64,000 bases of DNA, taken from Zygnema circumcarinatum SAG 698-1b (Eukaryota; Plantae; Zygnematophyceae). A model generated the notes under the pieces. It did no database searches. It was not told the origin of the DNA and saw only the letters and a list, made by a program, of their open reading frames with translations. Below are positions 19,801 to 33,095 of the stretch, in pieces (positions within the stretch are counted from its first letter, which is position 1; every line of letters begins with the position of its first letter). The stretch lies in the NCBI GenBank assembly GCA_037447605.1, contig CM074815.1:2294001-2358000 (forward strand). The letters are read 5' to 3'. A program made the position numbers and the translations under genes.

Positions 19801-22800
19801 AAACCCGTGTCGGGGAGACAGGCATGGCATACAGGAAGGTCGGAGTTTTCTCAAACTGCCCTTCCTCAGGATGAGGTTCCGCTGCCATTTCTGAATCTCG
19901 ATAGTCCATGAAGTGCATGACTGTCACATCATATGGGTACGATTCAACCTATAAAAGAAAGCCAATGCAGCGAAATTACACGCCTGGATTTTGGATTTTG
20001 AGAGTATTGAAAACCTAGAAGCTGGAGTTTTCAACGTTTTTCCAGTGTTTAATGTGAGGTGGAAAGTGGCAGAAGGAGAAACGAGTATTCCTTACATCCA
20101 GAATAGCAACAATTCAGGCAAATATCAGAAGAAATCGGATATGGAAAACCAAGCCGGGAAGGAGGAAGCACTTCTTGGATTAAAATGATAAAACAAAGAT
20201 CAAGACTAGAGAGAGAGAGCGAGAGGGAGAGAGGGAGAGAGTGATACCTCTACTTCGATTCCATAGGCAGTTTGAACGCCCACCCCTCTATTGTCACTTT
20301 CGTAAGTCAGAAACTTTCCAGCAGCTGCACCAGCTGCCACAGTCACCAGCCTGAACAAAAAACCCAAAAAAAAGAAGGAAAGGGAGATGGGAAGGGGTTG
20401 GCACCGATCAAATAATTTTGGAAACACTATTGATAACTGAATTATTTGCTCATCTAGGTCATTATTGAACTCATTATGCAGCTCAAGAATGGCTTACGAC
20501 AGACGTTTATATGACAGTTTGACTTTTGAAAGTTGACTTTTTCTTACCTGCATGAAACTGCGCTTCCGTTGCTGCACAGAACTGTACTACTTGTTGCATG
20601 TGTCTCTGAGATACTGTCCACCTCCGCATCCATATACATAACACCAGCAGCCTTACATCTGCAGAAGGAAAATAAACCCAAAGCAGCCTCAAGATTTACG
20701 TTCTTTATATCTTATTCATCGCCTACTCTGCACGACAGGAGAATAAAAAGGAAGGTAGAGGAGGGCGAAACGGGGACACTCGCACAGAGAGGGATGGAAA
20801 GAGAGGGGCAGTGAATAGGTAGAATGACAGTTGCAGAGGGAAGTGAAGGAAAAGAAAGGGCAGAGAGGAAGGAAGGGACCGAAAGGAGGAAAGGGGGAAG
20901 AAAGAGAAAGCAAGGAGAAAGGACGGGGGGAGAGAGAGTGAGTACCTTCGTACGAGCTCTTCTCGCAAGAGAGTTCGGCTGACCTTCCCATAGGCTCTAC
21001 CAATCATCACGGGCTCACTGCTGTCGAGGTACAACGCGGCGTTTTTCCAGCAGTGCTCTATGCAGTGAGCGAGACCAATATCTGCCAAAGAGCAACACAA
21101 TAAGAAAGAAGGTTCAAACATGAGAAAAGATGTTACAATAGAGACAATGGTCGCGCATACTTTACTGAAACCACGTGAAACTTACTATTGTTTATTGAAG
21201 TGCAGGATTTACCTCTGAATTCATCTAACCACACTCCGTAGGTGTTGACAAAGGGAAGGTCGGGCCCTATGAGAGCAACAGAGAGGCCCTGCTTTGCTGC
21301 CTCTCCCGCTAAGACGAGGCCGGCGGGGCCGCAGCCAATCACAACCAAGTCCAGGACTTGCCCATCAAGGACCAGGCCCCGCAGCTGACAAGGGGAGGAA
21401 CGAGAGAGAGAGAGAGAGAGAGAGAGGGGGAAAGAGAGATATTAGGTTTAAAATGTTGGAAGAGAGTAAGGGTGGAGAAAAAAGGGGTTGAAGAAGGGGA
21501 CTGGGAACGGGAGAAGTTTGGATGACGAAAAGGAGGAGAGGAGGTGTGGAGTAGAGACGAGGGCGGGAGGGAGAGAGATAGGGGCAGTGAGGGTGAGAAG
21601 TTTGGAGGACGAGAGAGAAGAGTGGGGGTTGTTAAGAGGGGGAGAGTGCGGGAGAGAGAGAGAGTGAGGTTGAGAAGTTTGGAAAAGGAGACGGAGGAGA
21701 GGGAGGTTGGAGGGGTGGAGAGGAGGGCGAGAGGGAAAGAGAACTAACAATTTTGGAAAAAGAGAGGAAGGGAGGGCAGGTTGGAGAGGGAGAGAGGGAA
21801 GGAGAGAGAGAAGAAGGGGATGAAAGGTTTGGAAGAAGGGAGGGAGGAGTGGGAAGGTTGGAGAGGGGGGAGAGAGAGAGAGGATAAGAAGTTTGGAAGC
21901 AGAGAGGGAGGGAAGGGGAGGTTGGACAGGAAAGGAGAATTTTTTAGAGAGAGAGAGCGTACAAGGAGGCAGGGGAAAGAAGCGGGGGAGAGTATGGAGG
22001 GAGAAGAGGAAGGACTATAAGAGCGAGGGTTTTAGAAGCAGGGTCAGCACGTTGTCGGAAGACGGTGATGAGATAGGGTTCAGAATCATGGGACATAGGG
22101 AGAAAGCGAGAGAAATAGAGGGAGTTGGAATATGATACCGCCCTCAATTGAAACCCACTTCGGTCCCATTCCAATTGGGTGCAATATTGCGATAAGTTGT
22201 ACAGTGAATTTTTTGAAGCAAATTCAAAGCAAAAAAAGGGAGAATGGGGGGGGGAGCAAAGGAAGGAGACTCATGCTGACTCAAGATGTGACCTTTAATG
22301 CAATTTTTTGGCTGGACTCCAAACAACTGAAACTGAAACTGAAAAAGCAAAAAGTAAAATGCAACCAAACGAAAAAATAAACGGATTATTAAATTGAACG
22401 AGAGAGAGCCGTGCTGACCTCGGATGCAATTTTTGGCTGCTCCATCGGCTTCGCAGCCTGCTGCCTCACAAGCTCCAGGTCGGGACCGCCGGCCTTTATG
22501 TAATCCTGTTCGTCCGAAAATTTGTTGTGAACTGAAGCAGGGGGCGCCGTTGCAACGGATTTTGTAACTGACTGCCGTTCCATGCGAGCCCGTCTGCTTT
22601 GACGGAGAATGCTAGAGGGCCCCTCCTCCTTGTGAGAGCTCCTGCTTCTCATTGGCCGAGCTATGGGGCCATTTCTTTGTGCATAAAAATGCTGAATTTG
22701 ACTTGCATTGCTGCTGCTGCATTCAGCTGATAATGTGTTGAAACAGAGCTTGCTGCTTACATCAAATGCATTGTTATTGCTCCAAGTGGAGAAAAAAGCC

Positions 22801-22904
22801 GGATTTTTTCGCATTTTCTTCTGCAGGGCGTTAGAATGTACGGGAAAAATAGGGTCCAAGAGTTGACTTGACGCCTCCAGGCCGGCGGCTGCTTGCAAAG
22901 CCAT
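16822..22904 (-). CDS. LCYE: Lycopene epsilon-cyclase (LUT2 homologue), 11 exons, about 615 aa: 22419..22904, 21213..21384, 20946..21081, 20548..20658, 20248..20350, 19793..19948, 19504..19611, 19069..19165, 18350..18481, 17854..17986, 16822..17035
   Basis: SDEQDYIKAGG, DLVVIGCGPAG (FAD binding), NTYGVWLDEF, VQTAYGIEVE, FLYAMP, EETCL, EEWSYIPVGG, SMIHPATGYS, ERKRQRAF, LITDPSGADLIRTY; exon lengths sum to 1848 nt in frame. Confidence 0.95.
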
Positions 22905-23528
22905 TTAAACGGGAAAACGGTTCTTTTCTGCTTATTTATTTTTCAGAAAAGAAGCCTATTGACAGTTGAGAGTCAGGAGCAAGCAAAAACCTCTGCCAGC
23001 ACTTCAGTTTGGCAAGACAAACTAAAAAACGTGTGAAACACTTGGAAGCTGATTAGGCTCAAACCGAGATCTGTAGAAATTTCTCGCTCAACTGAAACCA
23101 ATACATCATCAGATTTTCGCAAAAAGTGGCTCCATGGCGTAGGGAAGCGGCTTCAAGCGTGGAGCTTCTCCGCCATGGCCGCCGAGCAGGAGCGGCAGCA
23201 AGACAGTGGCAGGGGCCCAGGGTGGCGGTCTGGGCGGCAGGCCTTCCCATTGGCTGGCTGGGCAGTTCGAGTTCAAGGAACCAATCAGAGGCCTCCATTG
23301 AAAAACCTTTTTATCTGCTCTTGTTTCGGCTCTATACCCCCTTTTCGGTACCCGAATACTTCACGGCCGTACGGGCAATGGAAACTTAGTTTGTGATTGT
23401 GATCTGGATTACGGTTCAAGTTTGCAACCGGATGACGTTTCAACGTCACTCAATGACGTGTGGTTGCGGTCGTAAACCAAAGACCGTACCATTGCAGTTT
23501 TTTGAGTCAACTTTTTCAAGGGAATTTA

Positions 23529-24333
23529 CTATTTACACACCTTTTTAAGCTAGATTCACACCTTTAAAAAAAATCCCGATAACTAAAAATTTTTTAAATA
23601 AAGGAGAATGCTACTGCACCCCCCTATTTCGGTTATTCCACCACCCTCCCCCACCCTTTTTGAAAATTTTTGCCTGCCCATTCTGGTTATCCCACCCCCT
23701 GTTTTGGATATTCCACCCCCCCCCCCTTTTCTTGAAAAATTTGCCTGCCCATTGTGGTTATCCCACCCCCTGTTTTGGATATTCCACCCCCCCCCCCCTT
23801 TTTTTGAAAATTTTGCCTGCCCATTCTGGTTATCCCACCCCCTGTTTTGGATATTTCACCCTCTATTTTGGATATCCTACCCCCCTGTTTTGGATATTTC
23901 GAGAGGTAATCTTTTGCCCTCCCATCCCCTCCCCTCCCCNNNNNNNNNNTTTTTTTTTTTTTTTTTTTTTTTGCTCCTAGTTTTATTATTTTGTGCTTAG
24001 GTCCTTTGTGACCAGTTTCTTGTGGTTCCCCATGTTGACTTCGTCTATGTTCATTTGATAGCCTCACCATCTTCAGATCAATGCAAATCTCTTTTTCTTT
24101 TGTTGCACAATGTTGGAAGTCAATAGTGAAAAGGAAAAAACAAGGGGGGAGGATATCCAAAATAGGGGGTGGAATATCCAAAACAGGGGGTGGGATAACC
24201 AAAATGGACAGGCAAAAAAATCAAAATGGGAGGTGGAATAACCAAAATAGGGGGTTGCAGTAGCAATCCCCAAAATAAAATCTGACCGGCGAAAAAAAGG
24301 TGCGAATCTAGCCAAAAAAAGGTGTGTAAATAG
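23529..24333. mobile_element. Non-autonomous foldback/MITE-like element with long imperfect terminal inverted repeats and internal tandem subrepeats
   Basis: CTATTTACACACC at 23529 and GGTGTGTAAATAG at 24333; inner inverted pair tgctactgca..ctattt.ggttattccacc at 23609 versus 24230..24264; repeated ccacccccctgttttggatatt units; 10-N gap inside; no clean TSD. Confidence 0.6.
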
Positions 24334-24599
24334 ACTCGAAGTTGTCAAGGAATTTAGGGTTTTTAGGGTTTGAGGTTCGCAAACTGGCCGGCGCGATTCA
24401 GGTTTGTAACCAAAAACCTCAAACTGGGCGCAAGCAAGTGCGGCTCAAGTTTGAAACTGGTGGGGAGGCCGGAAGGGGCATGGCGACAAAAGAAAACTTG
24501 GACAATAAGAAAACGCCACATGATGGACATGTGCCAAGAACGGCTAGATGGTCGCCACGTGGTACCTTTTTCCTTGCTTTTCAGTGATGTGGCCGATAG

Positions 24600-24655
24600 C
24601 CGTGTTGCTGTTGTTGCATTGTTGTTGTTGTTGTTGTTGCTGTTGTTGCTGTTGG
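24600..24655. repeat. (GTT)n trinucleotide repeat
   Basis: gttgttgttgctgtt run. Confidence 0.85.
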
Positions 24656-25914
24656 GCCTAGGAGCATAGTTCCGCTCATTACGGTACCTGCGGTATTTCC
24701 TTTCGTCCGCAGGTCCTTTGTGAGCGGTTGGTTCCTCGTGGTTTTCCATGTTGTTGTTGTCCATGCAAATGTGATGGCATCGCCATCGTGAGATCCATGT
24801 TTAGAAAAACCCGTTACCCATACAAATCGATGTTGAACTGTCAGAACACGCAACTGCGAACTGCGCTGCGACAATGTCAAACATTTTCAACAGCTAACTA
24901 CCGTACGGCAGGCGTCCTCCAAACGTCCTCAAAAAGTACAGCGCTACCGTCCGCAACGAATACCGTAGTGTCTAAACCCAAGTCAAATGTCTATCCGTAC
25001 TGTTCGTACCGTTGGTACCGTTCGTACGCCCTCTGGTGTCTCAACCAACCAAGAAGGTACTGTACGAACGTCCTTCACTGTAGGCTTACCTTGTTACTTC
25101 AGCGTTTGCAGCGTCCGTTCAGAGGCTACTCGCGTCCCTGTGGGATCTGTACCAACCCACCAAACAACAAGATCCCTGCAACCGCTGATGGGTCGCCTAT
25201 CTCTCTCTCCACACTCCCTCTCGCTCCAGCTCTCCCTCACTGTCTACCGCCATGGCGGCCTGCAGGTAGGAGGCGCTCGCACGTCCTTCTGCACGGAGGT
25301 TGGTTGATCACATATGATCACATCTGTTGCAGAGCATCGCATTGCGTCTCTCTCTCTCTCTCTCGCTCGTCTCTCTCTCCCCCCCATCCCCTCCGTCCTC
25401 CACAGCTTCCCTCTCCTTCTATCGTTTTTTTCTCCTACGCCGCTTCTCGCTATCCCCATTTCTCTCTCCCACTCTTCCACCCACCCTCCCTCTCCCCAAT
25501 CCCTCTTCCACTCCCCCTTCCTCCCTCTCTGTCCCTCGCTCGGCTACTCCATCCATCTCCCTTTCCCTCGTCCTTTTCCTCTCTCCTCCCTTCCCCCATT
25601 CTTCTCTCTCTCCCTCTCCCTCTCCCTCTCCCTCGCCCTCTCCCTCTCCCTCGCCCTCTCCCTCTCCCCCTCCCACCTCCTCTCCCTCTCCCCCTCCCTG
25701 TCCCTGTCCCTCTCCCAATCTCTCTCCTCCTCCCTCTCCCTCTCTCCTCCCCTCTCTTCTTCTCTCTCCCTCCCCTCATTCCTCCTCTCGCCGCCTATCT
25801 TCTTCCCCAGGGTTCCCTCCAATTCAGTTAGGGTTTCCGGGCAGTTCCGTGAGGCTCCCGTTTCAGTCTCAGTTCCGTTACCGTTCAGTTAGGGTTTGGT
25901 GCTGAGGGCGCGCA

Positions 25915-28157
25915 ATGCGGACGGTGGCGGTGGCGCCGGAGCACAGCCATGGCGGGGCGGACGAGGCCGTACAGAACCGTACGGACGGCCGTACGATCCG
26001 AGCCACGGGGCTGCAGGCGCTGAACCGCCTCCTCCACTCCTCCGCGGGGGAGGGCGGGGGGGTGCCCGCCTGCGGTGGGACGGAAGGAGGGGGGGCGCCG
26101 CACGTGCGGGGGAGTGGCAGGTGAGGGAGGGAGAGGGAGAGGGAGGGAGAGGGGGGAAGGAGGATGGGAGAAGGGTGAGGAGAGAGGGGAGGGGGGAGGG
26201 GCGGAAGGAGGGAGGAGGGAGGAGGGGAGAAGGGCCAGGGGAGAGCGAAGGGGGAGGGGAAAGGGGAGTGAGGCGGGGGGAATGGCGAGGGGAAGAGAGG
26301 GATGGAGTGGAGGGGGAGGGGTAGACGGGATAGGGGGGGAAGGGAGGTGTGGCAAGAGGGAAAAGGGGGGTGGGGGGAAAGGGGGAAAGGGGGAAAGGGG
26401 GAGGAGGGGACGGTGGGATGAAGGGGGCTTTGAGGAAAGGAGGACATGGAGCGGGGAAGGGGAAAGGACATAACAGAGAGAAAGAGATGGGGAGAGACAG
26501 AGATGGAGTTGTTGCAGCAGCGAGAGGAGGGCAGGTTACGCGGAAGCGGAAGGGGGAGGAGGGAGGGAGAGAGGGAGGGAGAAGGAAAGAGAGAACAGGA
26601 GTCAAGGAAGGTGAGATTGGAAGGAGTAAAGCTGGCGAGGGAAAAATTCCACAACATGAAAAGGATGGCAGGTGATGGTAGAGGGAGAGAAATGGGGAGG
26701 GGGGAAAAATGAACAGTACAGAAAGAGTTGGCAATGGGGAGAGAGTGAGATTGGAAGTGAGGGTGAGAGAGAAGGGAATGCAAACGAAGGAGCTGCAGAG
26801 GGTGAGAGCGGGAGGGAGTGTGAGGATGGGAGGAGTGGAGGGAGAGAGTGAGAGTGGGAGGAGAGAGAGAGAGTCTGAGTGAAGCAGTCTGCTTGGAAGA
26901 CCCTTCTGTATTTGATTCCTGCAATGGTTTGCTTGTGTTGGGCTTTCGTGGGCTTTTGAAATTGTAGAAAAAAAAATATTGGGCCTTTTGAATACCTAGG
27001 GTTTTTTCTATGTAAAGCGGATTTTTTAAGGACTGTTGGGATTTCCAGTATGTGAAGGTTTCACGTATTTTAGGGTTTAGAGTAGGTGGGTAATAGGAGG
27101 GTAGTTCTAGGTCTAGTTGAGCCAATAGGAGTGTGAAAAACTAGTCTATTTATGGATATTAAGCTTTAGGGTTGTGAGGGAACTGAGGTTGTCAGGGTTG
27201 GCATTTTTTTTCTCAAGTTTTTTGGGTCTTCTTGTTTGTTTATGGTTTTTTGGTTTCTGGTTTTTTTGGTTTCTGGTTTTTTTGTTTGGGGTTTTTTCGG
27301 CATTTATAGGGCTCGAATACGAACAGATGCATGAATTGTGGCTTAAACTGTGACCATAGAACCTGTCATAAATTAGGAATTAGGTTTACAGCTCAGTTAG
27401 AATCACAATTCGATTCATGAATGATGCTGTGAATGAAAAGGCATCTTGGCTCCTAAACTGGACAACTTTCTGCAGTCCTGTGTGCTTCTAAGTGAGAATG
27501 TGAAGGAGAGGAGGGTGATGTCACGTCACGCATCTGAACATCATGTATTTGGACGATGTGACTGAAACTGAAAACTGTGACTGACTTTCGAGACGCGCGA
27601 AATGTGACACTTCGTGACATGATCTCGAAATACATGATGCGATGTGATGCCATGCACGGATGCACAGACGTTAAATGATGATCAGATGATTGTGATGTTC
27701 TGCATGTGATGATGTGCCATGTCATCATGTTATGTGGGGGATGTGTGTGATGTAACGCGTGACGTGATGTGACGCGACAGGGCGGTGAATGTGGTGCGGC
27801 TACTGAACGAGCGCGAGACGGCGCCGGCGGGAAGGAGGCCGCGCATGCGGAGGCGAGAAGGACATGCGACGGAGCCGGCCCAGGACCTGCCGCTTTGGTA
27901 AAACCAAATAAAAAAAAAAAAGAAAAAAAAAATGACTGAAATACAAGGGAGCTGGAATGGAAGTAAGAAAGTAAAGTAAAAAACAAAGTGAAGTTTTCTT
28001 TTAGGCTTTTTTTGGGACAGGAGGGGGGCGTGGAGGGAAGGCGGGGAGGGGAGTGGGTGAGGGAGGGGGGGGGGGGGGNNNNNNNNNNGGGGGGGGGGGG
28101 GAAGGGGAGAAGAGAAGAGATCAGGAGAAGGTGTAGGGGTCTTGGTTGGGAAGGAGG

Positions 28158-28216
<59 letters not shown>

Positions 28217-30353
28217 TGAGAGATAGAGAGAGAGAAAGAGGGAGAAAGAGAGGGAGAGGGGGGGAGAGGAGGAGGAGGGTAGGGTTTGTGGGTTTTGGGT
28301 CTCTCCCAAGTATTGAGGGTTTAGGGTTTTGGGCTCAGGCTTGAAGCCGACTCCATAAAGCACTGCTCTGCGCGGTATTGCTCCCTGCAGCCCGCCCCGC
28401 GCTCCACTATTGCTGCAGCTTTCAGCAACGATGGCTCGGCTTTGGCCTCCACACAGTACAAAAATCTCTCCCTTAAACCCTTGATTCGGCTGAACCGAAA
28501 CACATTCAAACACAGAATATCTGGAAACCCAATTCACGTGCTTTTCAAGCAGCCTGAGGTCTTAAAGTGTCTTAAAGATGTCGGAAAACGATCGAATTTT
28601 AAATGATGAGAATCTCGTATGGTAGGAAAAGCGAGAGAATGCACATACTCTGGAGAACTTAGAAACTCTAAAAAATCTTGAAAACCTAGGTTTTGGATGC
28701 CCTGCAGGTCTAAGTAATGTTAGGAAAGTCGTTAGAACCACAATCCAAACCTTAAATGCACTGAAAACCTTAACTGTATTAAAATTTAGCTCTAAAATTT
28801 GTAGTGATAACTTTGCAATACTGTTTGGATGGGCGGGACGTATTGAGACACAGTGGAGATCATACGGTGAAAATTATCTGCTGCCGCACCGGGCAGTGCC
28901 TAAAAATTTTGACCGGGCATCGGCGAACACCTTGGGTGGTAAGTCACCGGCGTTGGGGTTTGTTAGGGTTTGGGCTTTTGGGGCAGCAAAGTTTTGGGTA
29001 AGCAGAGGCTTTAAGGCTTCAGGTGAATTGGGTTACACTGTGGAAAGCTCAATGTAGTAATTCTTCATCCAGTAAATGAGTCAATCAATGGATGTGTGAT
29101 GGATGTGTAATGTACGGATGCATGAATGGGTGCATGATGGATGGATGCATGAATGGGTGCATGATGAATGGATGCATGAATGGGTGCATGATGGATGGAT
29201 GCATGAATGGGTGCATGATGGATGGATGCATGAATGGGTGCATGATGAATGGATGCATGAATGGGTGCATGATGGATGGATGCATGCATGGGTGCATGAT
29301 GGATGTGTGATATCATGAATGGGTGCATGCATGCATGCATGCAGGTACGGTATCATCCGAAGCTCCCAAACGTCCTTGCGAGCGGCAGCCTTGACCATGA
29401 AGTCCGTCTTTGGGATGCGAACACGGCGGACTGCATCGGCTCGCATGACTTCTGTCAGTTCTCAAACCCTAATTAATTTCAGATTGAGGAAACCTTGATT
29501 CAAGAGTACATCAATTTCAGGAAATCTAATTCCAGGAACCGGAAGTTGATGGAACTCTATTTGGGGGAAATCCTCATATGAATGAACCCTAGATTTGTGG
29601 GAACACCCTAATTTAAGATTCTTGGAAACCCTGATTTAGGATAACTTAGCTTAAGAAGTCTCCATTTGAGGAAACCTTCTCTCATAGAGGGCCAAATAAA
29701 TCCTGTGGAATTTCTTCAAAATTCTAAAGATATTTCTGTTTGCCGGTTTTCCCGCTTAGGTTTCGTTCGCAAAATGTCTATATTTTTTAAAAATAGAGAC
29801 TAAGTACTTTGTTTCGTTCTCTTGAATTATGGTGAATTTGTTTGGGGTGACAGATCGCCCCATTGCCTCACTCGCGTTCCATGCGAGTGGAGATTTGTTG
29901 GCAGTTGCTTCCGGACATAAGGTTAGTAAAAACCCTAAAAACCCTAACATCCTTAAACCTCTCAAATCCTGCCTCTCCTTCAGTTCTCCCCCACCCATTC
30001 TCCATCCCTTCTCTCACATTTTCCCCCCCTCACTCTCTCCCTCTCTCTCTCACTGTCTCCCCCTCTGTCCCATTCCCTCAAATCTTCCTGTTTTGGGAGC
30101 AGCTGTATATATGGCAGTACACGCAGGAAGGTGAAGCTTCTCAGCCAACGATCGTTTTACGAACACGGAGATCACTGCGAGCAGTGCATTTCCATCCTCA
30201 CGGAGCTCCGTTGCTTCTAACGGCAGAGGCAAGACATAGAACCTCTGCTCTCTCTCTCTCTCAGCATTCACATCACCTTTCCTCACTTCTCTCCCCCTCT
30301 CCCTTTGTCGTCGGTTCTGGCTTAATGTCACAATCCCTAATTTTCCTTTCTTT

Positions 30354-30410
<57 letters not shown>

Positions 30411-33050
30411 CAGGTCAATGGATTGGACTCTCCCGACACCCCTCCCACTGTCGCTATGTCCCGGGGCTATCCTGCAAACCCCCCTCCCACTATTCACTTC
30501 ACTCAAGCAGCTGCAGCAGCAGTAGCAGCAGGACCCTCTACCCCAAACCCTAACCTGAACCCTAACCCTAACCCTAACCCTCACCCTAACCCTAACCCTA
30601 ACCCTAACCCTAATCTTAACCCTAACCCTAACCCCAACCCTAATCCTGCTACTCCCACTCCTCCTCCCTCCGTCTTCCCTCTTGCCAGCTGGCTATGGCC
30701 TGGTCTAGCAGGGGGAGCTGCAGCTGGAAACTTAGAAGGAGAAGGGGGAGGGGGTCAGTATTCAAACTCTGGTGGGTCTATGCAGACAGAGGGGCAGAAT
30801 GAGGAGGATTTGGGGCAAAATAGTAATAATTTTAGCAATAATAATGGCATGTTTCAAAGCTCCGGGAGATCGAGAAGCTTAGCGGGAGCAATTCCTCGAA
30901 CTCGATTTGTAGAAGGAGAGGAGAGTGATGCTCAGGTTTTAGAAATGGAGCAGTTAGAGAGAGGGGGAGGAGGAGATTTTCCAGATGGGTCAGTACCAAT
31001 ACCCATGGATATGTCTCCAAGGGAATCCAACCTGCACGGAGAGAGAGAGAGAGGGAGAGGGAGAGAATTCATGGAAGATGGCGGCATAGCTAACCCTAAT
31101 TTTGCCAGCCCTAATTATTTTAGCCCTAATTTCAGGCGAGAATCTTTGGGAATAGTGGCTGCTTCTCAGGGATTGGCTAGCAATATTGCTCAAGGAGCGG
31201 TAGCAGCTGTGAGTGCAGTGATAAATGCAGGATATAGAAGGTCTCAGCAGCGTATTCCTTCTCAGTTCCACTCCTCTTCATTGTGGGGAATCGGTACTCC
31301 GCAAGAAATAGCCGAAGGGGGGAGGAGAGGAGAGAGGGGAGAGCTAGGGAGGGAGGGGACGGAGGGAGGCGGCGGATTGGCTACCTCGGGGAGGGAGAGA
31401 GAGGGAGAGACTTTGGCTGTGCAGGGAGGGAGACAAAGCCCTACAGTAGTGGGAGGGTTTTGGGACATTTCTGCGGGTCCCTTAAACCCTGCAGGGGCTG
31501 AAGAAGAGGGAGGAGTGGGAGGTACAGCTATGCATGAAGGAGTACTTCACTCTCCGATCCCGAGACACTCTGTAGGCTCAATAGGTTCGATAGGTTCGAT
31601 AGGGGCGAGAGAGAGAGAGGGAGGAGGGAGGGGAGAGGGAGGAGAGGTAGGAGAGGTAGGAGATAGAGGAGAAAGCACAGAGTTTGACATGCCTTGGGAG
31701 GCTTCTAGAGGAAGGGATGAGTTAGTAGGAGACGGGAGGGAGGGAGGAGGGGGAGGAGTGGGAGGGGGAGAGAGAGAGATGGAGGTAGCGGAATTGCAGA
31801 TGGGAGAATACTCAGGATGGGAGCTTCCCTTCCTGCAGGGGTGGGCCCAAGAGCAGGGCCAAGCAGGGGTTCAGATTCAAAGGGGGTCCAGTCTACAAGG
31901 AATGACTCTGAACCCTAGTTTTGATTCTCCAATGGAGAGAGTCCCCTTAAACACAGCGCACTCAACAGAACCCAACGGAACTGCTCACGGAACTGAGCAT
32001 GGAACTCCAAACGGAACACCCGACATGGAAATCTGTAGAGCCTCTCTAGGAGGTGTGGGAGAGAGGAGGAGGGATGAGGAGGAGAGAGACAGCAGTTTGA
32101 GAGCTCAGAACGGCACTCCCTCTCCCTCTCTCTCTCTCTCTGCTGCTGCTGCTGCTGCAGCTGCTAGAGCAGGAGTAGGAGTAGGAGCAGTAGGAAACCC
32201 TATGGGCCCTCAAGGAGGGGGGGTTGCTGGAGAGGTTAGGGTTTTAGAGGGAGGAGGTGGACACACAACGGTGTTCCATGCAGGCATGGCCGGAAACTTC
32301 CACAATCTGAACGGAGCCGAGACGGAACGGGACGGTGACGGCAACGGAAACGGAACGGAAACTGCAACTGCGGCACAGGCAGCGATCGCGGCACAGGTGG
32401 CGGCCGAGCTGCCCTGCACTGTAAAACTGCGAATTTGGCCGCACGAAATGACAAGGGCCAATGCAACATTGGACCCCGAAACTTGCAAACTAGTCATTCC
32501 GCATGCAGTGCTATGCAGGTAAGGAGAGACTATCACACTCTCATTATCTATCGACCTATGTATCACTTTCTCTTACTCCCTCCGTCTCCCACACGCTCCC
32601 TCTCCTTCCCCCATTTTCCACCCCCCTTCAGTCCCACTCCCTATCTCTCCCCCCTCCCTCCGCTCCTCTCCCTCCCTCCCCTCCTCTCCCTCCCTCCCCT
32701 CCCGCCCTCCCTTGCCTTCCTTCCCTCTCACACTACACCTCACTCCCTTCCGCCTTCCCTCCCTTCATCGCTCCCTTCCCTCCTTCCCGTTCCTCTCTTC
32801 CCCCTTCTTCCTCCCTCTCTCCCCTCCCTCCCCCCCTCCCCTTCCATCCCTCGCCTCCGCCCTCCTTCCCTCCCTCACCCCCTCCCTCTCCCGCCCTCCC
32901 TTCCCCCCGCCCTCTTCTTTCCTCCCTCCTCCCCCTTGTCCTTCTCGCCTTCTCTACCCCGCTCCCTTCCTCCCTCCCTCCCCGCCCTCTCCCCCTCTCT
33001 CTCCCTCCCATCCCTCCGTCCCTTTCTCCCTCCCTCACTCNNNNNNNNNN

Positions 33051-33095
<45 letters not shown>

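Noticed and set aside
25040-25275. Possible small exons (ATGGCGGCCTGCAG|GT; minus-strand GTAAGC donor) upstream of the WD40 gene
   Set aside because: No in-frame join or recognisable product; may be UTR or non-coding
29065-29340. His/Met/Cys-rich repeat ORFs that look like metal-binding peptides
   Set aside because: Translations of a 27-bp intronic minisatellite
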